DNA of 64,000 nt. It comes from Dehalococcoidia bacterium (GTDB lineage: Bacteria > Chloroflexota > Dehalococcoidia > Lucifugimonadales > UBA3495). The stretch lies in NCBI GenBank assembly GCA_965261885.1, contig CBDHDY010000042.1, positions 2,250 through 66,249 of the forward strand, given 5' to 3'. The notes under the pieces are model-generated. The model was not told the DNA's origin. It was given only the letters and a program-made list of their open reading frames with translations, and did no database searches. A program made the position numbers and the translations under genes. Below, one piece after another: positions 27,228 through 36,309 of this stretch. How positions within the stretch are numbered: the first letter of the stretch is position 1; each line of letters begins with the position of its first letter.

Positions 27228-28715
27228 TCAGAGGTTGGTCGTTCGATCTTCTGGCGTCTCTGTCGGCCAAGCCGTTGCAGGGAATAGCAGAATTTTGCCA
27301 TCTGGAGTTTCAAGTAAAGCCGATACGGTTCCCGGTTTCTGCGGTCCATATGCCAATCTGTCCAGGGCAGATAAAAGATCCATCGATTGGTCTACCGAAA
27401 AGTTGTCGACCATGGTAGAGCCACTCTCAATCTGCTTGAAGGTCCAATTGGCGAACAAAGTCTTGGCCCTGCGAAGAGGCCAGCAATCGATCCCCATGTC
27501 AGCGACCAGTTTAGCCCAGCACAGCCAGTAGCCCAACTGCAGCACTTTGGTGCTTATCTCAGGGCTCAATGGTCTGCCTCTTGTTATTCCGTTCTTTTGG
27601 TGTAAGAGATAGTTTCGCAAGTCGTCAAAGACGTCGATAAAGTCATGGTGCTTTCTCGTCCTCAGTTCGCTTAGTATCCAATTGTGTTCGGATGGAAGCG
27701 CCAAAGAATCTACGCACCCATTAAGCTCTCTTCTTACAAGTTTCCTACTAGAACCACACATTTTCTCCAGTGCTGACCACACTAAGGGTATAGTCATAAA
27801 CCTGTCACAGGTGAGGTACTCGACCCCCATTAGATATTCGACACTCGCTTCTGATAGAGAGTCAAAGATGTCGATCAACATTTCGGCGAGCTTATCACCT
27901 CTCTGAAGATAGGTACCGTTACCCTCTAATATATTCTGTTCTTGATATTCGTCACAATGGGGCTGCATTACCATATACGATGCGATGCTACCCACGCAGT
28001 CTAATCCCACAACGGGAATCACATCACTACAGTTCATATTGAATACCGATAACGTGGTCTTTATTCTGCGAACGAACTCCTCAATATCTTGGTCACTCGT
28101 ACTTTCATTTGGAACGTCCATAGTCAGAAGATGGGTTACCAAGAATGAAGATCCTGTGTCAGAATCACCTAGGAAGGGAGAGAATTCTAACTGCCAACCA
28201 TCAATGCTTGCAAGGATTGTCTCTGCATTTCTTAGTGCCAAATTGATTACGATGGCTTGGATTCGAGATATCTTTGAGTCAGTATTTCTCAGAATCCTCA
28301 ACCCTTCATCGATGACCTGATATTCTCCACGTACCGATAGTGCTTCGTTTGTGACGCTCATTTCGCAATAATTGTTGAGCTTAATGGGATAAGAATCATA
28401 TTGCAGGCCATCAAATTGTATCGGTACGTAACTTCCTTGAGTTTGCATTACCGCGCAGGATTGAAGTGCGGACTCCCCTTCCAGATTAACTTCCAGCAAC
28501 ACTCTTGGTTTTCTTTGAAGATCAAGTAAACAGGACGCAGGCAAGGAATTTAGCTTAACCATTGATTCGGGAATCGATTTTTGCCAGTCAGGAATCCAAA
28601 TTCTCCTGTTGAATAATCTGATCTTTCCAGTTTGCTGCGAGATTTCGATTTCAGAAATAATCTCTTGCTTATAGTCCGATTCGCCCACTGCTACACCCCG
28701 CCTAGGTCTGTCCAT
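27228..28715 (-). CDS. Hypothetical 495-aa protein, strongly low-GC orphan (possible HEPN-type C-terminal half)
   Basis: Clean 1.49-kb ORF with GC visibly about 20 points below the neighbours. The C-terminal helical region contains HHDFIDVFDDLRNYLLHQ (an RNxxxH, Rx4-6H-like motif). No confident family. Confidence 0.6.
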   Translation of the reverse strand: MDRPRRGVAVGESDYKQEIISEIEISQQTGKIRLFNRRIWIPDWQKSIPESMVKLNSLPASCLLDLQRKPRVLLEVNLEGESALQSCAVMQTQGSYVPIQFDGLQYDSYPIKLNNYCEMSVTNEALSVRGEYQVIDEGLRILRNTDSKISRIQAIVINLALRNAETILASIDGWQLEFSPFLGDSDTGSSFLVTHLLTMDVPNESTSDQDIEEFVRRIKTTLSVFNMNCSDVIPVVGLDCVGSIASYMVMQPHCDEYQEQNILEGNGTYLQRGDKLAEMLIDIFDSLSEASVEYLMGVEYLTCDRFMTIPLVWSALEKMCGSSRKLVRRELNGCVDSLALPSEHNWILSELRTRKHHDFIDVFDDLRNYLLHQKNGITRGRPLSPEISTKVLQLGYWLCWAKLVADMGIDCWPLRRAKTLFANWTFKQIESGSTMVDNFSVDQSMDLLSALDRLAYGPQKPGTVSALLETPDGKILLFPATAWPTETPEDRTTNL

Positions 28716-28805
28716 TTACCGGACCTCAGCTTTGTGGAGAAAGCTGAATAAAACATTCGGGTTGGGAGTCTATCCGACCGCTCCTACGCAACTTCCCGCC
28801 ACCCC

Positions 28806-29996
28806 TCACCGCCTGCCGCCAGCGTACTCCTCGGTCATCAGCAGCGGGCCGTCTATATTGACGAGCTGGTTCTCGATCTCGGACAGCAGGTGGTCCAGGT
28901 TCCAGCCCTTCTCCGCCGACACCAGGACGCCATCGGCGGCGTCCTTTTCCCAGCCTGCTCCCAGGGATAGCTCCCGCACCTGTGCCAGCTCTCCGCCTGC
29001 GGTGGCGGAGTCTGTCAGCAGGTCCATCTTATTTATGACAAGCAGCCGCGGGCGGTCGCCCAAGCCCAGCTCATCCAGCGTCTGCTCCACCACCTCTGTT
29101 TGCTCCGGGGCCTTGGGGTGCGAGACGTCGATCACATGCAGCAGCACATCGGACCGGTCAAGCTCCTCCAGCGTGGCACGGAAGGCGGCGATCACTTTGG
29201 GCGACAGCTTCTGGATGAAACCCACGGTATCACTAAGCAACAGTGGTGCCCCCGACGGCAGACGAATCCGCCGTGTCACCGGGTCGAGCGTGGAGAAGAG
29301 CTGATTCGCGGCCAGGGAGGCGTCGCCGCTGGAGCCCGACTGCACCAGCGCGTTGAACAGCGTGCTCTTACCCGCGTTGGTGTAACCCACCAGTGTGGCC
29401 ATTGGGATGGCCGACTTCTTGCGCCGGTCCATGTGCAGGGAGCGCCGGCGCCTCACCCCGTCCAGTTCTGCCTTGATCTTCTGCACCCGCCGCCGCACCA
29501 ACCGCCGGTCGGTCTCCATCTGGGTCTCACCGGGCCCGCGGGTCCCAATTCCGCCGCCCAACCGCTCAAGGTGCGACCATTGGCCGGCCAACCTCGGCAG
29601 GAGGTACTCGTGCTGGGCCAGCTCCACCTGCAGTTTGCCTTCGTAGGTGGAGGCGTGTCGGCCAAACACGTCCAGTATCAGGGCGGTCCGGTCGATCACC
29701 TTAATCTCGCCCCTTTCCCCGTACATTGGAGCCGAATTGGGAGAGAGGGCCGCCTCAAGATTGCGCTGCTGGGTCGGGGTCAGCTCTTCGTCAAAGACCA
29801 CGACATCTGCCGACAGCTCCCTGACCAGGACGCGGAGTTCGTCCACCTTCCCCTTGCCTATATAGGTGGGCGTCAGCCGCTCCGACCGCTGGAACATGGT
29901 ACCCACCACTTCGGCGCCGGCCGATTCTGTAAGATGACGCAGTTCGCCCAGCGTGTCTTCCAGCGTCCAGAGTTCGTCGCGGCCTTTCAGTTCCAC
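28806..29996 (-). CDS. hflX: GTPase HflX
   Basis: [14 protein letters not shown] (G1), DTVGF (G3), NKMD (G4). The first canonical start is GTG at 29996, but the conserved ERAILVAV motif lies just upstream of it (see findings). Confidence 0.9.
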   Translation of the reverse strand: MELKGRDELWTLEDTLGELRHLTESAGAEVVGTMFQRSERLTPTYIGKGKVDELRVLVRELSADVVVFDEELTPTQQRNLEAALSPNSAPMYGERGEIKVIDRTALILDVFGRHASTYEGKLQVELAQHEYLLPRLAGQWSHLERLGGGIGTRGPGETQMETDRRLVRRRVQKIKAELDGVRRRRSLHMDRRKKSAIPMATLVGYTNAGKSTLFNALVQSGSSGDASLAANQLFSTLDPVTRRIRLPSGAPLLLSDTVGFIQKLSPKVIAAFRATLEELDRSDVLLHVIDVSHPKAPEQTEVVEQTLDELGLGDRPRLLVINKMDLLTDSATAGGELAQVRELSLGAGWEKDAADGVLVSAEKGWNLDHLLSEIENQLVNIDGPLLMTEEYAGGRR

Positions 29997-30110
29997 CGCG
30001 ACCAGTATGGCTCGCTCCGGTGCAGGGGTTACGTCAACCAGCCTAGACGACTTCGGGGCTTTCTTCTGGGCGTCCGCTTCCCCTCGACGCTTTCCGTTCC
30101 TGGCGATGGG

Positions 30111-31289
30111 CTAACCTCCCTGCGGGGCCGGAATCGCCCAGCCCTCGATTCGCTGGCAACCTTTTTCCACCTGCTCGTCCGGCGTGGTCAGCGACAGCCT
30201 GATGAAGCCCTCGCCGTACCGGCCATAGCTGGAGCCGGGGGTGACCACCACGTCCAGGTCTTCCAGCAGTCGCTGCGCGAACTCGGCAGAACTGAACCCG
30301 GCCGGTACCTTGGCCCAGATGTACAGGCTGGCCCGGGGCACGTTCACCTCCATGCCAGCGGCACGGCAGGCTTGCACCACCCGGTCGCGACGCCACTGGT
30401 AGATTGCAACGTTGTCGTCCACGCAGTCCTGCGGACCGGTCAGGGCCTCCATGGCCATTTCCTGCACCGCCTGCGGAACTCCCGAGTCAAGGTTGGCCTT
30501 GATCTGGAACAGCGCCTTGATCATGTCAGCGTTGCCCACCGCCATGCCGATGCGCCATCCGGTCATGTTGTAGGTCTTGGACAGCGAATGGAACTCGATG
30601 CCGATGTCCTTGGCGCCGTCCAGCTGCATGTAGCTGATGGATCGGTAGCCCTCGTACCCGACCTCGCTGTAGGCGGCATCATGGAGCAGGGCTATATCGT
30701 TCTCGCGGCAGAAGGCCATTGCCGACGCGAGGTCCTCTGCTGTGGCGATGGCGCTCGTCGGGTTGTTGGGGTAGTTCAGCCACATCACCTTCGCGGCCTT
30801 GGCCACGTCGGCGGGGATGGCATCCAGCTCCGGCAGCCACCCGTTCCGCTCGTACAGCGGCATTACGTGGCTCTCCGCTCCGGCGAACATGGTGCCGACG
30901 CCGTAGACCGGATAGGCCGGGTCGGGCACCAGCGCGATATCGCCGGGGTCGAGGAAGCAGAACGCGGCGTGGCCGATGCCTTCCTTGGCTCCGATCAGCG
31001 GCAGCACCTCGGTGTCCGGGTCCAGCTTCACGCCGAAGCGGTTGTCGTACCATTCGGCGATGGCCCGGCGCATCTCCGGCAGGCCGTCTGTCTCCGGGTA
31101 GCGATGGTTGGGCGGGTACTGCGACGCAGTCAGCAGCCGGTCGATGATGGGTTGCGGCGTGGGTATGTCGGGGTCGCCGATGCCGAAGGTCACCACGTCG
31201 GCCCCCGCGGCCCGTTTGGCCGCAATAATGCGGGAGATCTCCACGAAGGGATATGGCGCCAATTTGCCCAATCGGTCAGAAAATTTCAT
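30111..31289 (-). CDS. Class I/II aminotransferase, LL-diaminopimelate aminotransferase-like
   Basis: 392 aa. Has YPFVEISR.., NYPNNPT, and SLSKTYNMTGWRIG (PLP lysine motif). dapF lies 2 kb away on the same strand. Confidence 0.75.
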   Translation of the reverse strand: MKFSDRLGKLAPYPFVEISRIIAAKRAAGADVVTFGIGDPDIPTPQPIIDRLLTASQYPPNHRYPETDGLPEMRRAIAEWYDNRFGVKLDPDTEVLPLIGAKEGIGHAAFCFLDPGDIALVPDPAYPVYGVGTMFAGAESHVMPLYERNGWLPELDAIPADVAKAAKVMWLNYPNNPTSAIATAEDLASAMAFCRENDIALLHDAAYSEVGYEGYRSISYMQLDGAKDIGIEFHSLSKTYNMTGWRIGMAVGNADMIKALFQIKANLDSGVPQAVQEMAMEALTGPQDCVDDNVAIYQWRRDRVVQACRAAGMEVNVPRASLYIWAKVPAGFSSAEFAQRLLEDLDVVVTPGSSYGRYGEGFIRLSLTTPDEQVEKGCQRIEGWAIPAPQGG

Positions 31290-31334
31290 CCTTGCGGCCT
31301 CTGTTCCAAGTTTCTCGAAGAGTGATGCATTTGT

Positions 31335-31544
31335 TCACGCACGGTTAAGATCGCTCCGGGAGATGCCCAGGTCCCGCAGAATCCCAGCTATCGTTCCCGG
31401 CCTTAAGTCTCTAGCTCGCCAGCTGGGAATAACAGTCGACCGGTCGTTCAGCGTGTTGATCCACATTTCATGGGATCCTATTCCTTGGCGATGAAGTTCA
31501 CACCCCAAACGCTTTGGCTTCCCTGTCAGTTCTCGATGGTTCAC
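31335..31544 (-). CDS. hicA: HicA family mRNA-interferase toxin
   Basis: 69 aa. Has ..LHRQGIGSHEMW...VIPSW..DLRPGTIAGILRDLGI. Its start overlaps the hicB stop. Confidence 0.8.
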   Translation of the reverse strand: MNHRELTGKPKRLGCELHRQGIGSHEMWINTLNDRSTVIPSWRARDLRPGTIAGILRDLGISRSDLNRA

Positions 31545-31804
31545 GCCGTGACTATAATCTCACCTTGGATGACCTTTCCGGAAGGCTCGTAAAGCAATAA
31601 CTCTACTTCCTCAGGCAGGGGAGTCTCTCGATCCAGGTAAGAATCAACAAACGTTTCCGCCATACTTCGGATGTAGTCCAACGCTTCTCCCACCGAATCT
31701 CCCCACACACGGCAACCAGGCAGGGCAGACACTTCTGCCATGTATTTGTACTCGGTATCCTCCGAGGGCTCGTAGAGAACGATCGGCAACTTGTACAGCT
31801 TCAT
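31541..31804 (-). CDS. hicB: HicB family antitoxin (UPF0150 fold)
   Basis: MKLYKLPIVLYEPSEDTEYKYMAEVSALPGCRVWGDSVGEALDYI.. from the ATG at 31804 (GAGGG RBS). The track ORF extends spuriously to 31891. Confidence 0.75.
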   Translation of the reverse strand: MKLYKLPIVLYEPSEDTEYKYMAEVSALPGCRVWGDSVGEALDYIRSMAETFVDSYLDRETPLPEEVELLLYEPSGKVIQGEIIVTA

Positions 31805-31817
31805 CGCATCCCCTCGC

Positions 31818-32417
31818 CTACGAAAGCAGCGGGCCAAATACGTCGTCGATGGCGAGCTCAAATCCCGGGACAACCTCAGAACGTAGCACATCTCCCAATC
31901 CGTACGTGGCTACGGTGATCGAAGCGTCCGATGTCAGTTGGAGCACCTCTATGGTTCGACTGTCAAAACTCGCCAGCCAGCACTCCGGCACCCCGATGCT
32001 CCGGTAGTCGGCCAGACGCTCCTCAACATCCCTCGGCGTGTTGCTGGGGGAAAGCACTTCCACCACCAGCAGCGGTGGCCATTCAACGAACGGCAGCCCT
32101 GCCAAGTCCGCAGGGCGAGCGATTCTCGTCAATTCAGGGTTGACCACAAGGATATCGGGCTGACGTACCCTGAGAGGATCTCGGTGTATCAAAACATCGT
32201 AAGGAGAAGTCAGCGCAATGCCCCAACGATTACTCACCAAGAACCGGTCCAGGGCACTAAAAATCACACTAATAACCCATTGGTGTTCGCCGAAAGGACT
32301 CGGGGGCACCACCAGAACTCCATTCACGACCTCACAGCGCTGCTTGGTCTCAGGCAGCGATTGCCACTCCTCAAAGGTCAGCCGCTTGGTCTTCGCCGTG
32401 GTCATCAGACGCTCCAA
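31818..32417 (-). CDS. Uma2 family (DUF820) endonuclease, copy 1
   Basis: LTFEEWQSLPE..CEVVNGVLVV.PSP...H; PDILVV; VVEVLSPSN (PD..E.S nuclease core). The likely start is the ATG at 32405. Confidence 0.82.
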   Translation of the reverse strand: MERLMTTAKTKRLTFEEWQSLPETKQRCEVVNGVLVVPPSPFGEHQWVISVIFSALDRFLVSNRWGIALTSPYDVLIHRDPLRVRQPDILVVNPELTRIARPADLAGLPFVEWPPLLVVEVLSPSNTPRDVEERLADYRSIGVPECWLASFDSRTIEVLQLTSDASITVATYGLGDVLRSEVVPGFELAIDDVFGPLLS

Positions 32418-32468
32418 TCCTCGGTGAATACCTCGGTGGCCGGGCCCTCCATCATCGCATCCCCTCGC

Positions 32469-33056
32469 CTATGCCAGCAGCGGCCCAAATACGTCGTCGA
32501 TGGGGAGTTCAAATCCCGGAACAACCTCAGAACGCAGCACATCTCCCAAACCGTACGTCGCGACGGTGATCGAAGCGTCCGACGTCAGTCGGAGTACCTC
32601 TATTGTGCGCGTCGGAAATCTGGCCAGCCAGCACTCCGGCACTCCGATGCTCCGGTAGTCCGCAAGTCGCTCCTCAACATCCCTAGGCGTGTTGCTGGGC
32701 GACATGACCTCAACAACCAAGTCAGGTGCTTGGTCGATTCGGTTCCTACCAACTAAATCGGAAGGCCTCCTAATTCCTGCACGAGAGGAGCTCAGGAACA
32801 ACACGTCAGGTTGGCGAACCCGCAGTGGTTCTCGGCTTATCAGCACATCGCGTGGAGCCATCAGGACTACTCCCAGTCCCTTTTCCGCTACAAACGAAGA
32901 AACGCGCGACGCTATTTCGAAACCAAGCCACTGGTGTTCATCGGTTGGACTCGGGGGCATCACCAAAACTCCATTCACGACCTCACAGCGCTGCTTGGTC
33001 TCAGGCAGCGCCTGCCACTCCTCGAACGTCAGCCGCTTGGTCCTCGCCGTGGTCAT
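32469..33056 (-). CDS. Uma2 family (DUF820) endonuclease, copy 2
   Basis: MTTARTKRLTFEEWQALPETKQRCEVVNGVLVMPPSP.. from the ATG at 33056, which overlaps the dapF stop (ATGA). The termini are near-identical to copy 1. Confidence 0.82.
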   Translation of the reverse strand: MTTARTKRLTFEEWQALPETKQRCEVVNGVLVMPPSPTDEHQWLGFEIASRVSSFVAEKGLGVVLMAPRDVLISREPLRVRQPDVLFLSSSRAGIRRPSDLVGRNRIDQAPDLVVEVMSPSNTPRDVEERLADYRSIGVPECWLARFPTRTIEVLRLTSDASITVATYGLGDVLRSEVVPGFELPIDDVFGPLLA

Positions 33057-33911
33057 CAGGAGGCCCACTCCCCGGTGAATACCTCGGTCGCCTGACCCTC
33101 CATCATCACCTCGCCCTTGCCATCCCACTGGATATGCAAAGTACCTCCACGAAGCGTTATGTCCACCTCGTCGCCGCAGTGCCCAGACAGACGCGCCGCA
33201 ACTGCGATGGCGCAGGCGCCGGTGCCGCAGGCCAGAGTCTCGCCGCTGCCCCGCTCCCACACCCTTGCCGTCAGCTTGCCGGGCGCGTCCACATTGACGA
33301 TTTCGAAGTTCACCCGCCTCGGGAACATGGTATGGTGCTCAACCTTCGGCCCCACGGTATGGAGCGGGAAGTCGGCAACAGGCTGCTCGATGAAGGTCAC
33401 CGCGTGCGGGTTGCCCATCGACACGAAGCTCAGCGGCAGATCGAGGCCGTCCATTGAGAACGGATACGCCAGCACCGGCGGCGGCAACTCCTCGGCCAGC
33501 AACACCGGCACGTCGGCGGGGCGTCAGGATCGGGGCGCCCATGGCCACCCGGGCACCGGTGATACGCGAGCCGTCGAAGGTGGGGACAACGGTACGTATT
33601 CCGGCCAGCGTCTCCACTTTCAGACCGTCGCTCGACGGGGCTGCAATTCCCCGATCGATGGCGTACTTCGCGAAGCAGCGGATGCCATTCCCGCACATCT
33701 CGCCCTGCGAGCCGTCGGCGTTGAACATCACCATCCTGAGGTCTGCCACGTCAGAGTCGGCGATCAGGATCAGCCCGTCGCTGCCCACCCCAAAATGCCG
33801 GTCGCTCATCCTGCGCGATAGCTCAGGCCAGTCCTGTTTCTGGTCCCGCGCGTCGATGTAAACGTAGTCGTTGCCGGCCCCTTCCATCTTGGTGAACTTG
33901 GTGAATTGCAT
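33056..33911 (-). pseudogene. dapF: Diaminopimelate epimerase DapF interrupted by a single +1 frameshift (or sequencing indel)
   Basis: The N-terminal part reads MQFTKFTKMEGAGNDYVYID...MCGNGIRCF...VAMGAPILTP. The frame changes at the G4 run (33517-33520) into ADVPVLLAEE...NPHAVTF...ETLACGTGACAIA...*. Deleting one base restores a canonical DapF of about 284 aa. Confidence 0.85.
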
Positions 33912-33977
33912 CGCCTCGGCTCCTGGAAATGCCCACTAATTGTTTCTATATAAGGAAGCTGGATTTCGGCCATTGTA

Positions 33978-34937
33978 TCACGGCGTCTCGGAATTCAGGA
34001 ACGACGACACCGCCTCCGACGCCCTCTCAACCAGCCCCGGACCGGCTGCATCCAGCCAGTGGATGCGCGGGTCCGACGGCTTGAACCAGGCGTACTGACG
34101 CCTCGCCAGCCGGTGCGTCTGCGTCTTGGTCCGGGCCACCGCCTCCTCGAGCGGAAGCGACCCGGTCAGGTACTGCCCCAGTTCTCTGTATCCCGGACTG
34201 TCCAGCGGCCCATTACCGATCGGAATGCCTGCCTTCAACAGATCCTCAACCTCATCAAGAAACCCATCTCGCATCATCGCGTCGACCCGCACGTCTATGC
34301 GATGGTACAGCTCCCCGCGTTCCATGGTGAGCCCCAGCAGCAACGCGTTGCTGGCTGATGGCTCACCGACGGAAAGGAACTCCGACGGCTTGCGTCCCGT
34401 TGCGCGGTGAATCTCCAGCGCCCGAATCACCCGCCGCACGTTCCTGGCGTCGAGAGCCGCCGCCCGGGCGGGGTCGATCGCCGCCAGCCGGGCGTGCAGC
34501 GCGTCAGCCCCCAGCCGCTCGGCCTCCGATTCCAGCCCGGCGCGAAACTCGAGATCAGGCGGCACTGCCGGCACCCGCTGTCCATCGACCAGGCCCCATA
34601 CGTATTGCCCGGTCCCGCCGCAGACGATCGGCAGGTTTCCCCGCTCAAGGATTCCGGCAAATGCTTTGGTGGCGTGCTCAAGGAACAGCGCCAGCCCGAA
34701 CGGCTCCGGTGGGTCGATTATGTCCAGCAGGTGATGAGGCGCCCCCGCCCGTTCCTCGACGGTGGGCTTGGCCGTGCCGATGGTCATCCGCCGGTAAACC
34801 TGTCGGCTGTCGGCATTGACCACCTCGCCGCCAAAACGCTGCGTCAACGCAATCGCCAGCGCCGTCTTCCCCACCGCCGTCGGTCCGACAACGCAGACCA
34901 AGGGCGCCGTTGTCGAAGAGGGCTCGCTACCTGTCAT
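33978..34937 (-). CDS. miaA: tRNA dimethylallyltransferase MiaA
   Basis: VCVVGPTAVGKTALAIAL..EVVNADSRQVYRRMTIGTAKPT. Confidence 0.92.
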   Translation of the reverse strand: MTGSEPSSTTAPLVCVVGPTAVGKTALAIALTQRFGGEVVNADSRQVYRRMTIGTAKPTVEERAGAPHHLLDIIDPPEPFGLALFLEHATKAFAGILERGNLPIVCGGTGQYVWGLVDGQRVPAVPPDLEFRAGLESEAERLGADALHARLAAIDPARAAALDARNVRRVIRALEIHRATGRKPSEFLSVGEPSASNALLLGLTMERGELYHRIDVRVDAMMRDGFLDEVEDLLKAGIPIGNGPLDSPGYRELGQYLTGSLPLEEAVARTKTQTHRLARRQYAWFKPSDPRIHWLDAAGPGLVERASEAVSSFLNSETP

Positions 34938-35255
34938 TTCTATATCGCTTCAATTCGCACTGGTGCCACCGTCTCAGCCGATTCATCAAAGCATCCCCAT
35001 TGGCCAAGATAAATTTATGCCCGCATTGTTGACAGTCGTCATTGAGACAATTCACCGTCAGATCCACATCCAATTGGCCACTGATTCAAAGTCAGTCGCC
35101 AATGCTCAGGGCTAACCATCTCTTCGTCATCGTTACACCTACCAAGATCAAGACCGCTAGGCTCCACTTTGAACCTGACTTCATAAACCTAGACTATCCC
35201 GGCAGAAGCTTTCTTAACAATCATCTATAAATGCTTGCAAAAACCTAACTATTGG

Positions 35256-35285
35256 CTATAATGCAAGGATATACTTGCATTATAG
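35256..35285 (+). promoter_or_regulatory. Perfect 12-bp inverted repeat (operator/promoter candidate) upstream of the P63C gene
   Basis: CTATAATGCAAG-GATATA-CTTGCATTATAG. The left arm contains TATAAT. It ends 13 nt before the ATG at 35299, and GGGAGG lies in between. Confidence 0.45.
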
Positions 35286-35298
35286 CGGGAGGACAACC

Positions 35299-36309
35299 AT
35301 GGCCGAAACTGAGCCAACTGGCAAGGCTCGAGGTGGAAAAGCTCGAGCAGAGAAATTATCCCCTCAAGAGCGAAGCACCATAGCCAGAAAGGCGGCAGCC
35401 CAGCGTTGGGATACTGAAGGTCTCCCTCGTGCGGTTTGCAGCGCGGAAGACACACCGTTGATAATAGCCGATACGCGCCTCGAAGCTTACGTATTAGAGG
35501 ACGGCACTCGAGTCCTTTCTGAGGCCGGCCTACTGACAGCACTAGGACGGAAAAGGCGGGCAGCATCTAGGAAACCAGACGTTCCTCCGATGCTCCAAGG
35601 AGCCGGACTTGAGCCATTCCTCACTCCTGATGTCATAGAAAGAAGTCAGCCCATTTCGTTTAGTACGCCAAATGGATTAAGAGCGAATGGCTACCGGGCC
35701 GAACTTTTGCCGGATGTTTGTGAGGTCTATCTTAAGGCGCGGGACGCAAACACGCTGACTCCCAACCAACGCCCAGTTGCACAGCAAGCAGAAATCCTCA
35801 TGCGTAGCTTCGCCAAAGTTGGGATTATAGCTCTAGTTGATGAAGCTACTGGCTACCAAGAATTAAGGGCGAAAAATGCGCTTGCGGCGATATTAGAAGA
35901 GTTTATCGCCAAGGAACTGCAACCATACGTCAGAACTTTTCCGGACGACTACTACCGACAGATGTTCCGGCTCAGGTCTTTGCGTTACCCGGACGATACT
36001 GTGAAGCGGCCTCAGTATTTTGGGAAGTTGACTAACGATATGGTCTACCGACGCCTGGCACCAGGGGTCTTGAGCGAGCTAAAGAAGGTCACGCCACGCA
36101 ACAACTCTGGAAATCTCAAACACAAGCTGTTCCAAAGGCTAACTACAAACGTCGGCTACCCTAAGCTTCGAGAACATCTTGGATCTGTAGTTACGATCAT
36201 GAAGCTAAGTGACTCCTGGTACGAGTTCATGGGGCGTCTCAATCGCCTTCATCCAAGGTATGGAGACACTATTCCAATGGAATTCGAAGACGATGGAAAG
36301 GGGCTGTGA
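35299..36309 (+). CDS. P63C domain protein (phage-associated family)
   Basis: ALVDEATGYQELRAKNALAAILEEFIAKELQPYVRTFPDDYYRQMFRL...VYRRLAPGVLSELKK..KHKLFQRLT matches my recollection of the P63C family. Lower GC. The ATG at 35299 follows GGGAGG; the track ORF starts at 35275. Confidence 0.65.
   Translation: MAETEPTGKARGGKARAEKLSPQERSTIARKAAAQRWDTEGLPRAVCSAEDTPLIIADTRLEAYVLEDGTRVLSEAGLLTALGRKRRAASRKPDVPPMLQGAGLEPFLTPDVIERSQPISFSTPNGLRANGYRAELLPDVCEVYLKARDANTLTPNQRPVAQQAEILMRSFAKVGIIALVDEATGYQELRAKNALAAILEEFIAKELQPYVRTFPDDYYRQMFRLRSLRYPDDTVKRPQYFGKLTNDMVYRRLAPGVLSELKKVTPRNNSGNLKHKLFQRLTTNVGYPKLREHLGSVVTIMKLSDSWYEFMGRLNRLHPRYGDTIPMEFEDDGKGL

Larger units (their letters stand above)
31803..33106 (-). 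repeat. Tandem duplication (2 x ~650 bp): Uma2 gene plus a copy of the dapF 3' end
   Basis: 31803-32454 and 32455-33106 align end to end. The outer ~250 bp and ~120 bp are about 85-90% identical by eye, and the middle has diverged. 32405-32468 is homologous to the last ~20 dapF codons (33057-33120). Confidence 0.8.

Noticed and set aside
27387-28320. Several 70-110-aa + strand ORFs inside the low-GC 495-aa gene
   Set aside because: They are short and fragmented across frames, whereas the minus strand carries one uninterrupted 1.49-kb ORF.
29100-31325. 741-aa + strand ORF, the second-longest ORF in the window
   Set aside because: It runs antisense to hflX and the aminotransferase, both of which have clear family motifs. 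Its translation is low-complexity and R/G/H/P/V-rich, as expected for a shadow ORF in high-GC DNA.
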